A stretch of 32,000 nt of DNA, taken from contig NZ_CP027570.1 in NCBI RefSeq assembly GCF_003010495.1, positions 810,001 through 842,000 of the forward strand, given 5' to 3'. This DNA is from Megasphaera elsdenii DSM 20460. GTDB lineage: Bacteria > Bacillota > Negativicutes > Veillonellales > Megasphaeraceae. Below, in pieces: positions 8,034 to 14,760 of the stretch (positions are counted from its first letter, which is position 1; each line of letters opens with the position of its first letter). Made by a program: the position numbers and the translations under genes. The notes under the pieces are model-generated. The model ran no database searches, was not told the origin of the DNA, and was given only the letters and a program-made list of their open reading frames with translations.

Positions 8034-8779
8034 GCTTTCTTCCGGTAGCCCAGGGAATGGGAAATCTCATAGGCATACTGGCTCATGGTGAACAGCATTT
8101 TCTGACGGATCGAGTCATAGAAACGCATAGACGGCCCGGCGATAGTCAAAGAGGCGATGACCTGGCCCTCAAAATTGAAGATAGGTACCGACAGGGCAAA
8201 TAAGCCGTGTTCGCTTTCATCCTGAGTCATGGCATAGCCATTATGGCGGATGGCCGCGAACTCTTCTTCAGAAATATTGCCGTATTTTTCAATGTACCGC
8301 TTGCGTTCGTCATCGCTCGTCCAGGCCAGCAGGACCCGGCCGGCAGCCCCCTTATAGAGCGGCAGGGACTCCCCGATGGGGATGACCCGGCGCAGGGAAT
8401 GGGTGCTTTCGACGTGGTCCAGGCAGATGCGGCAGTCGCCTTCGGCAATGTAAATGCTGACCGTTTCATTAAACAACTGCTGTAAACGCCGTAAATAAGG
8501 TTTGGCCAAAGTGATGACATTCTCTGTCCAATGAGACGAATAGCCCAGCGCCAGGGCTCGGGGACCGAGGCGGTACTGCTTGGACATATCGTTGCGGGTC
8601 AAATACTGGCGCCGCTCCAAGGTGTTTACAATGCGGAAGGCCGTCGACGTATTCAAGTGGGTGTGTTCGGCAATGTCCTTCAGGGTCATGCCGGTATTAC
8701 ATTCCACGAAGAGGTCGAGGACGTCGAGGCTCTTTTCCAAGGACTTCAATAAACTGCTGTGATGCTCTTCTTTTGCCAC
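8030..8779 (-). CDS. IclR family transcriptional regulator
   Basis: 249 aa with an N-terminal wHTH (SLEKSLDVLDLFVECNTGMTLKDIAEHTHLNTSTAFRIVNTLERRQYL) and a C-terminal IclR effector domain. GTG start with an AGGAAGGTG RBS. Confidence 0.9.
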   Translation of the reverse strand: MAKEEHHSSLLKSLEKSLDVLDLFVECNTGMTLKDIAEHTHLNTSTAFRIVNTLERRQYLTRNDMSKQYRLGPRALALGYSSHWTENVITLAKPYLRRLQQLFNETVSIYIAEGDCRICLDHVESTHSLRRVIPIGESLPLYKGAAGRVLLAWTSDDERKRYIEKYGNISEEEFAAIRHNGYAMTQDESEHGLFALSVPIFNFEGQVIASLTIAGPSMRFYDSIRQKMLFTMSQYAYEISHSLGYRKKA

Positions 8780-8800
8780 TGGCTCTCACCTTCCTTGGAA

Positions 8801-9976
8801 TTACGATTTAACTTTCATGCCGATTTCCAGCGAATCCGGCGGATCGGCAACGACGACATCGCCTTCGTCGAGGCCGTCGAGGATGACGACGCGGCCATCT
8901 TCTTCATCGCCAGTCAGGACGGAACGGGCATCGGCCAGACCGCTGTCATTGACGATGTAAACGAAGTCACCGCTGTCTTTGGTCCGGACCGCCGTCTTGG
9001 GAACGGTAATCTGGGACACTTCTTTCGGCGTGGCGATGCGGACGTGATAAAATTCACCGGGAACGAACAGGTTCTTGGCGTTGTTGAAAGTGACCTTGGC
9101 CATATAAGAACCGGTCGAAGGATCCTTGGTCGTTGCCAGATAGGTCAGTTCCCCCGTTTCCGTTTCACCCGAAGCGGCAATGATAGATACTTGCAGGCTG
9201 CCGTCTTTTTTGGCATCCTGTAAAGCGTCAATGTACATTTCAGGAATGGCAAAGGTCGCCACTAACGGCGACATCTGCTGAATCGTAGCCAGGACATTGC
9301 CGGCGACGGCGACAGACGGATTATCCGATACGGCCGTGACACGGCCGTCAATGGGCGAATAAATCGTCGTATTGCCTAACATATCGCGGGCAGCCTGGAC
9401 GGCCTGCTGCAGCTGGGCGATTTTTTCATGGTCCACAGCCGGCGCTTCCTGGACCTGGACGGTCTGAGTCGTCTCGCCCTGAGAAGAACCTGAAGAGCCG
9501 CCAGCATCAGCCATCATCTGATTGTATTCGACTTTCGATAAGGCCCCCATATTATACCAGGCCTTCAATTCCGCCCGGTGGCCGCTGTTATCGCCGCCAC
9601 CACCGCCGCCGCTGCTGGCAGCCGGTACGGTAACGGTCTTATACGTCGGCGTCGCAGCCGATGAAGCAGCGACAAGCTGCGATTCAGCCTGGCTGACGCT
9701 CTGCTGATACGGTGCCGAATCGACTTGGACGACGACGTCGCCAGCCTTGACTTCCTGGCCGACGGCCAACGGTGTCGATACGAGTTTCCCCGACAGTTTC
9801 GGCACGATATTGGTCATATGTAAAGCCGTAATATTGGCATCCAGCGTCAGAGCCACAGGATGATCCGACTTGGAAACCGTTTCAGTTTTCGTAGACACGC
9901 TGTTGCCGCAGCCCGAAAGGACTGATACAGCCAAGGCAGCCGTACAGGCAAGGACGGCCCATTTTTTCAATTTCAC
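8801..9976 (-). CDS. Efflux-type periplasmic adaptor (HlyD/MFP family) lipoprotein
   Basis: 391 aa. Signal peptide plus lipobox (AVSVLSGC). Lipoyl-like motif VKAGDVVVQVDSAPYQQ, a hairpin region, then IYSPIDGRVTAV... beta-barrel motifs. GTG start with a GAGGGG RBS. Confidence 0.8.
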   Translation of the reverse strand: MKLKKWAVLACTAALAVSVLSGCGNSVSTKTETVSKSDHPVALTLDANITALHMTNIVPKLSGKLVSTPLAVGQEVKAGDVVVQVDSAPYQQSVSQAESQLVAASSAATPTYKTVTVPAASSGGGGGGDNSGHRAELKAWYNMGALSKVEYNQMMADAGGSSGSSQGETTQTVQVQEAPAVDHEKIAQLQQAVQAARDMLGNTTIYSPIDGRVTAVSDNPSVAVAGNVLATIQQMSPLVATFAIPEMYIDALQDAKKDGSLQVSIIAASGETETGELTYLATTKDPSTGSYMAKVTFNNAKNLFVPGEFYHVRIATPKEVSQITVPKTAVRTKDSGDFVYIVNDSGLADARSVLTGDEEDGRVVILDGLDEGDVVVADPPDSLEIGMKVKS

Positions 9977-9997
9977 GATATCCCCTCTTCGCGTAGG

Positions 9998-10243
9998 TTA
10001 AAAAAACGTGTAATACAAGGTAACCAGTACGACCCCGGGCAAGCCGAACAGGCCGATAATGAGGCCTGTCCCGATGGTGATGGGGACGTGCTGGAAGCCA
10101 AAAAGATAGCCAAAATGGTTGACACCGTACAGGACGATGAGGCCGACGACGACATTGACCAGTAAATGGCGCATCGGTGCCAAGATGAGCTTATGCACTA
10201 AGAACAGGACAAAAACGCCTGCGGCTATCCATAGATATTCCAT
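9998..10243 (-). CDS. bofA: BofA family protein (pro-sigmaK processing inhibitor-like small membrane protein)
   Basis: 81 aa from ATG 10243 (GAGGG RBS): MEYLWIAAGVFVLFLV...GVNHFGYLFGFQHVPITIGTGLIIGLFGLPGVVLVTLYYTFF. It resembles B. subtilis BofA (..VNMFGGSLGIHVPINLVT..GILGIPG..) and occupies the Bacillus-like position after recR. The longer track ORF (to 10339) overlaps recR and is rejected. Confidence 0.8.
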   Translation of the reverse strand: MEYLWIAAGVFVLFLVHKLILAPMRHLLVNVVVGLIVLYGVNHFGYLFGFQHVPITIGTGLIIGLFGLPGVVLVTLYYTFF

Positions 10244-10250
10244 AATACCC

Positions 10251-10841
10251 TCACATTTCCTGCCGATTGGCAACGGCACCAGCCAGCGTCGCTTCGTCAG
10301 CATATTCAATGTCGCCGCCCATGGGAAGCCCGCGGGCAATGCGGGTCACGCGGATGCCGGCCGTCTTGATGAGGCGGGCCAGGTATAACGCCGTCGCTTC
10401 GCCTTCTACGTCAGGATCGGTAGCCAAGATGACTTCCTTGACCGTCGTATTCCCCAGACGCTGCAGGAGCTCGCGGATACGCAGGTCTTCGACGTTGACG
10501 CCGTCTAAAGGCGATAAGGCCCCGTGCAGGACGTGATATAAGCCGTGGTAATCGCCGCTGCGTTCAATGGCCTGGACATCCTGCGGCGTTTCGACGACGC
10601 AGATCGTCGAGCGGTCGCGGCTGATGTCGCTGCAAATCGGGCACGGATCCTGGGACGATAAGTTGAAGCAGACCGAGCAGAAGTGCATATTCGCTTTGGC
10701 ATCGCGGATAGCATCGACAAATTCGTCGACACGGCTGGCCGGCTGCTGGACGATATAGTAGGCCAGCTTGCGTGCCGTCTTGACGCCAATGCCGGGAAGG
10801 CGGCGGAACTCTTCCGTCAGCTTATCTAATGGCGTATCCAT
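10251..10841 (-). CDS. recR: Recombination protein RecR
   Basis: 196 aa with HhH motif LPGIGVKTARKLAYY, zinc finger CSVCFNLSSQDPCPIC and a Toprim domain (ICVVETPQDV...ILATDPDVEGEATA). The start overlaps the ybaB stop (TAATG). Confidence 0.97.
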   Translation of the reverse strand: MDTPLDKLTEEFRRLPGIGVKTARKLAYYIVQQPASRVDEFVDAIRDAKANMHFCSVCFNLSSQDPCPICSDISRDRSTICVVETPQDVQAIERSGDYHGLYHVLHGALSPLDGVNVEDLRIRELLQRLGNTTVKEVILATDPDVEGEATALYLARLIKTAGIRVTRIARGLPMGGDIEYADEATLAGAVANRQEM

Positions 10842-11158
10842 TAAAACATGCCCGGCAGGTGCATGCCACCGGTGATCTTGCTCATTTCCTGAGCCATCAT
10901 ATCGTCCACTTTCTTGTTGGCTTCATTGACGGCAGCGACCATGAGGTCTTCCAGCATTTCAGCGTCTTCCGGGTCGATGATGCTCGGGTCGATGTGGACG
11001 CTTTCGACGTTCTTTTCACCGTTCATGACGATGGTCAGGACACCGCCGCCGACGGTCGCTTCGACAGTGCGTTTCTTCAAATCTTCCTGCAGTTTCTTCA
11101 TTTCTTTCTGCATTTTCTGTACTTTCTTCATCATACCTTGCATATTTCCACCAAACAT
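10841..11158 (-). CDS. ybaB: YbaB/EbfC family nucleoid-associated protein
   Basis: 105 aa: MFGGNMQGMMKKVQKMQKEMKKLQEDL...GGGVLTIVMNGEKNVESVHIDPSIIDPEDAEMLEDL. Canonical family sequence and position between dnaX and recR. AGGAGG RBS. Confidence 0.95.
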   Translation of the reverse strand: MFGGNMQGMMKKVQKMQKEMKKLQEDLKKRTVEATVGGGVLTIVMNGEKNVESVHIDPSIIDPEDAEMLEDLMVAAVNEANKKVDDMMAQEMSKITGGMHLPGMF

Positions 11159-11185
11159 TTGTTTTCCTCCTAATTTTGTGTAAAC

Positions 11186-13105
11186 TTATTTTTTATTTTC
11201 TATATATATATTACAGTCTCCTACGTTTTTAAGCAATGGTCCCAAGGCGGCTCGTTCGGCTTCATCCATATCCTCGATGGAAGCCGGTTGCCATGCCGTT
11301 TCATCGCTGGAACTAGCTGCTTCTTGAGATGGCGCAGGAACTGGAATATCCTCTTCGGGCAGCGGTTCAGGTTCCGCCGGCCGGGTCAGGTTACTCTTTT
11401 TTTTTTCGTACCCATCCAGTTCGGCATCACCTTCCAAAAAGCCCTGCATGTGGTACGTACCGCCCAGTATCTGGGATAAGGCAGCATCGGTAAACTTATA
11501 GTAATCTTCCCGGTTGGCCCTTTTCACCATGAAGGCCGTCTTAAAGGCGACGATGACCTGGCCTTCGCCGATGTAAACGACGCGGCCGTTGCGAATACAG
11601 GACAAGACGGCTTTCTTCTTTTCTTTATCGAGAATGGCGCACATCTTTTTCCAGACGTCCTGGTATTCGGCCGATGCGACAGGCTGCGCTGCCGGGGACG
11701 GTGCCGGAGCGGGTACGTTCGCAGCCGGAGCGGCCGCCTTCACGGGCTCGGGCCGGGGCGGTGCCGGTGGCACAGGCGGACGAGCAGGCTGGGGCATAGC
11801 GGCCGCAGCTTCCTGTACCGGTGCCTGGCCAACGGTGGGTCCAGGTGAAGTAAACTCTTCTTCTGGAAAGGGAACAGCTTCTTCCAGGCCGTAGCCGCCG
11901 CTGTAATCGTCCTCTTCCGGAACTGGGACGACTTCCGGCTTTTCTGCCACAGCAGTTTTAGCCGGTTTAGCCGGAGCCTTGGCGGCAGAAGCCGCTGCAA
12001 CGGGGACAACGGGCGGCTGATTCAGCTGCCGCGCTGCCATGAGCAGCCCCATTTCCACGGCAATGCGCGGAACCGGCGACGTCTTGGCCGTCAGCAGTGC
12101 CTGCTGTAAAATGGCCAGGACTTGAAAAACTGCCGCTGGCGTCCATTCGCCAGCCTGTTTACGCAACTCGTCGAGGCAGTCGTCGTAAGCCGAAAGGGTG
12201 TCGGAAGATGACGCGGCCTGGCAGAGCATGACGGCCCGCAAATGAGCCAGCAGCTCCATCAAGATGACCCGCGGCTCCTTGCCCATATGGATGACGTCGT
12301 CGACAGCCTTGATGATGACATCGCCTTGGCCGTCGAAAATGGCCTGAGCCAGGGAAAACAGCCAGTCTTTGCCGATGAGGCCTAGCAAATCGCGGACGAC
12401 GCCTTCGTCAATGGTACCGCTCGTGTTGCTGACGCACTGGTCGAGCATACTCAAAGCATCGCGCATGCCGCCGTCGGCCTGGACGGCCAGGATATGGGCA
12501 GCACCTTTGGTCAGGTCGATCTGTTCCTGTCCGGCCACATAGAGCAGGCGTTTGGCAATATCCTCGCTGGTAATACGCCGGAACTCATAACGCTGACAGC
12601 GCGACAAGATGGTCATGGGAATCCGTTCCGGCTCCGTCGTCGCCAGGATGAAGATGACATGGGCCGGCGGTTCTTCCAGGGTCTTCAGAAGGGCATTGAA
12701 AGCTTCTGTCGTCAGCATATGGACTTCATCGATGATGTAAATCTTCTTATGGCCTTCAGCCGGCATGAATTTAATCGTTTCCCGCAAGGTGCGGATGTCT
12801 TCGATGCTGCGGTTGGAAGCGGCATCGATTTCGACGACATCCAGGGACTCGCCGCTCATGATGTGGCGGCAGACTTCACATTCATTGCACGGGTGGGACG
12901 TCGGCCCGTGGACACAGTTCATGGCCCGGGCAAAAATTTTAGCCGTGCTCGTCTTGCCCGTCCCGCGGGGACCGGAAAACAAGTAAGCATGGGCTACTTT
13001 GTCCGTATCTATCGCTTTTTGCAGGGTTTCCGTGATATGGGACTGGCCGACGACATCTTCAAAATCCTTCGGCCGCCATTTGCGGTATAATGCAATATAT
13101 GCCAT
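11186..13105 (-). CDS. dnaX: DNA polymerase III subunit gamma/tau
   Basis: 639 aa with ALYRKWRPKDFEDVVGQSHI, Walker A GPRGTGKTS, zinc module CNECEVCRHI, Walker B IYIIDEVHML and SRC motif SRCQ. A Pro/Ala-rich linker and a C-terminal domain follow. Confidence 0.97.
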   Translation of the reverse strand: MAYIALYRKWRPKDFEDVVGQSHITETLQKAIDTDKVAHAYLFSGPRGTGKTSTAKIFARAMNCVHGPTSHPCNECEVCRHIMSGESLDVVEIDAASNRSIEDIRTLRETIKFMPAEGHKKIYIIDEVHMLTTEAFNALLKTLEEPPAHVIFILATTEPERIPMTILSRCQRYEFRRITSEDIAKRLLYVAGQEQIDLTKGAAHILAVQADGGMRDALSMLDQCVSNTSGTIDEGVVRDLLGLIGKDWLFSLAQAIFDGQGDVIIKAVDDVIHMGKEPRVILMELLAHLRAVMLCQAASSSDTLSAYDDCLDELRKQAGEWTPAAVFQVLAILQQALLTAKTSPVPRIAVEMGLLMAARQLNQPPVVPVAAASAAKAPAKPAKTAVAEKPEVVPVPEEDDYSGGYGLEEAVPFPEEEFTSPGPTVGQAPVQEAAAAMPQPARPPVPPAPPRPEPVKAAAPAANVPAPAPSPAAQPVASAEYQDVWKKMCAILDKEKKKAVLSCIRNGRVVYIGEGQVIVAFKTAFMVKRANREDYYKFTDAALSQILGGTYHMQGFLEGDAELDGYEKKKSNLTRPAEPEPLPEEDIPVPAPSQEAASSSDETAWQPASIEDMDEAERAALGPLLKNVGDCNIYIENKK

Positions 13106-13127
13106 GAGTCTTTCCCTTCCGTATACG

Positions 13128-13152
13128 AAAAAAAGCAGCTAACCGCTGCTTT
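13128..13152 (-). terminator. Rho-independent terminator of the SRP RNA gene
   Basis: The minus strand reads AGCAGC GGTTA GCTGCT followed by TTTTTTT, immediately upstream of the dnaX RBS. Confidence 0.8.
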
Positions 13153-13154
13153 TA

Positions 13155-13312
13155 CCAACTGAAAAGTACTCGTGTATGATAACCCGCCAGGTTTCCTCGT
13201 GGCACATGGAAAGGTCTACTTATTGCTGCTTCCTCTCGGACCTGACAAGGTTCATAGGTTCCCATTGCACAAGCCCCGGCGGATTACCACGCACCAGTAC
13301 TTTTATTAAGTT
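13155..13312 (-). ncRNA. ffs: Signal recognition particle RNA (small, no Alu domain, about 145-150 nt)
   Basis: The minus strand contains GUGCAAUGGGAACCUAUGAACCUUGUCAGGUCCGAGAGGAAGCAGCAAUAAGUAGACCUUUCCAUGUGCCAC. This nearly matches the B. subtilis scRNA and E. coli 4.5S domain IV (..GUCAGGUCCGGAAGGAAGCAGC..). The closing helix pairs AAAAGUACU (5') with AGUACUUUU (3'), and GGUAAUCCGCC pairs with GGCGGGUUAUC. The gene sits upstream of dnaX, as in Bacillus. Ends are approximate. Confidence 0.92.
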
Positions 13313-13321
13313 AGCTACATT

Positions 13322-13350
13322 ATTATATCGTGAAAACAGAAGTTTGGCAA
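13322..13350 (-). promoter_or_regulatory. Promoter of the SRP RNA gene (TTGCCA-17-TATAAT)
   Basis: On the minus strand, TTGCCA lies at 13345-13350 and TATAAT at 13322-13327, separated by a 17-nt spacer. This places the transcript start about 10 nt before the SRP closing helix. Confidence 0.75.
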
Positions 13351-13378
13351 GGATAAATTCCCTTTTTGAGGGAATTTA

Positions 13379-13516
13379 GTGGTTAGGGGCTAGTGGTTCG
13401 TGGCTAGCATCTTGTAGGAGGCACCACGTGCGAGCCCCTACAGAAAAAAAGAAGCTGTCGCTATGCGACAGCTTCTTTTTCACTAGCCACGAACAACTAG
13501 CCACGAGCCACTAAAC
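13379..13516. repeat. Composite palindromic intergenic repeat with the terminator nested inside
   Basis: The left arm is GTGGTTA GGGGCTA GTGGTTC GTGGCTA (13379-13406). The core is GTAGGAGGCACCACGTGCGAGCCCCTAC (13414-13441). The terminator is at 13444-13480. The reverse complement of the right arm (13481-13516) reads GTGGCTC GTGGCTA GTTGTTC GTGGCTA GTG. Confidence 0.85.
13444..13480. terminator. Bidirectional rho-independent terminator (serves the ompA-family gene)
   Basis: A7, then stem GAAGCTGTCGC / loop TAT / GCGACAGCTTC, then T5. Confidence 0.85.
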
Positions 13517-14626
13517 TTAGTGATTCTGCCAGATATCTACGCGGCGGTTGTCAGCGCGGCCCTGTTCGGTGTCGTTGGTGCTGACGGGGTCCGTTTTGCC
13601 TTTGTAGTCGAGCTGCATCTGCGAAGCCGGTACGCCCTGGCTTTCAGCATATGCTGCTACGTTATCTACGCGGCGTTTGGAAAGGTCATCGTTGTAAGCG
13701 TTGGAGCCTTTGGCATCGGTGTTGCCGACGAGTTTGAACGTATCGCTAGGGTTTGCTTTAGCAACCTGGACGAAGTGGTCCATCTTAGCGCGTTCGGAAG
13801 CGAGCGGCTGGTCTTCGTCGAAGCCGAAGTGAACGCTTTCAACGTAGTAGTCGTTCTTCTGGACCGGCGTTTCAACGACCGGTGCCGGAGTCGGTTCCGG
13901 TGTGTAAACCGGTTCCGGAGCCGGGGCTTCTTCTTTGTGGCCGCCGCCGAAGCGATAGGAGAGGCCAGCGATGAAGCCTTTGTAGGAGATGTTAGCGTCG
14001 TCTTTCAATGCACCAAATGTGTTGTCGCCTTCATCAGCCAATTTGGTGTTCAAGTAACGATAGCCAGCGCTGATGTCGAGGTCCGGTGTGATGCTGTAGC
14101 CGAGGCCAGCTTCCCACATGGTCGTCTTCTTAGTGCCGACAGCGCCTTTAGCGTAGAAGTCGAGGTTCTTAGCCAGGGGAGCTTTGGCGATCAAGCCGAT
14201 CTGAGCGACGTTATTCGTCTGGCTAACATCTTCACTTTCGTTCTTAATGCGGTTCCAGCCGGCGAAGGCAGCGAAGTTCTTGTTGATGGAGTAAACGAGG
14301 TTTACTTCGTGTTCATCGCCATCAGTCTTGTAGTTGTCATGGTCCCCGTTGTACTTGGTTTTGAGGCCATAGTAGTTGTACTGCAAGCCCCATTTGTCGG
14401 TAAGGCCATAGCTCAAGCCGCCCTGGAAGTTCCATTTAGAGTCCGTTTTTTCCTGGAAATCGCTGTCTTTCCAGTTGCTGGAGTCAACTTCTGCTTTCGG
14501 GTTCCAAGCGCCTAAATCGAGCTGCCACTGTCCCTGGTTCCACTGCGTCTGCGGCGTAGCGAAAGCAAAGGAAGTAGCGCAGGCTGCCATGACTGCAGCC
14601 AATACTAAAGATTTCTTTTTCATCAT
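13517..14626 (-). CDS. OmpA family outer-membrane protein (N-terminal beta-barrel, Pro-rich hinge, C-terminal OmpA peptidoglycan-binding domain)
   Basis: Signal peptide MMKKKSLVLAAVMAACATSFAFA. The barrel has alternating aromatic beta-strands (GLSYGLTDKWGLQYNYYGL, AGLGYSITPDLDISAGYRY, GFIAGLSYRF). The hinge is EEAPAPEPVYTPEPTPAPV. The OmpA_C motifs are LVGNTDAKGSNAYNDDLSKRRVDNVAAY...GRADNRRVDI. Start taken at ATG 14626 (AGGAAG RBS) rather than the track start at 14662. Confidence 0.9.
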   Translation of the reverse strand: MMKKKSLVLAAVMAACATSFAFATPQTQWNQGQWQLDLGAWNPKAEVDSSNWKDSDFQEKTDSKWNFQGGLSYGLTDKWGLQYNYYGLKTKYNGDHDNYKTDGDEHEVNLVYSINKNFAAFAGWNRIKNESEDVSQTNNVAQIGLIAKAPLAKNLDFYAKGAVGTKKTTMWEAGLGYSITPDLDISAGYRYLNTKLADEGDNTFGALKDDANISYKGFIAGLSYRFGGGHKEEAPAPEPVYTPEPTPAPVVETPVQKNDYYVESVHFGFDEDQPLASERAKMDHFVQVAKANPSDTFKLVGNTDAKGSNAYNDDLSKRRVDNVAAYAESQGVPASQMQLDYKGKTDPVSTNDTEQGRADNRRVDIWQNH

Positions 14627-14760
14627 AAATCCCAGCTTCCTATTGGTATTTAATAGTGCCACCTATGACATTATTATGTTCTAGTATATCATATCATTGT
14701 CACAAATGGGTTACATTATTTCATGCTTTTTAGTAATGTCTTGACCGACCATCATACATT

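Noticed and set aside
11740-12009. Alternative-frame ORFs in the Pro/Ala-rich linker of dnaX (e.g. 89-aa minus, 101-aa plus)
   Set aside because: The low-complexity GC-rich linker naturally lacks stops in several frames. There is no independent start signal.
13176-13379. 67-aa plus-strand ORF between dnaX and the porin gene
   Set aside because: It lies antisense to the SRP RNA gene and its promoter. The region is explained by the ncRNA.
13520-14515. 331-aa plus-strand ORF opposite the OmpA-family gene
   Set aside because: The minus-strand product has a signal peptide, a beta-barrel pattern and OmpA_C motifs. The plus-strand frame is Val/Phe/Ala-rich with no family resemblance.
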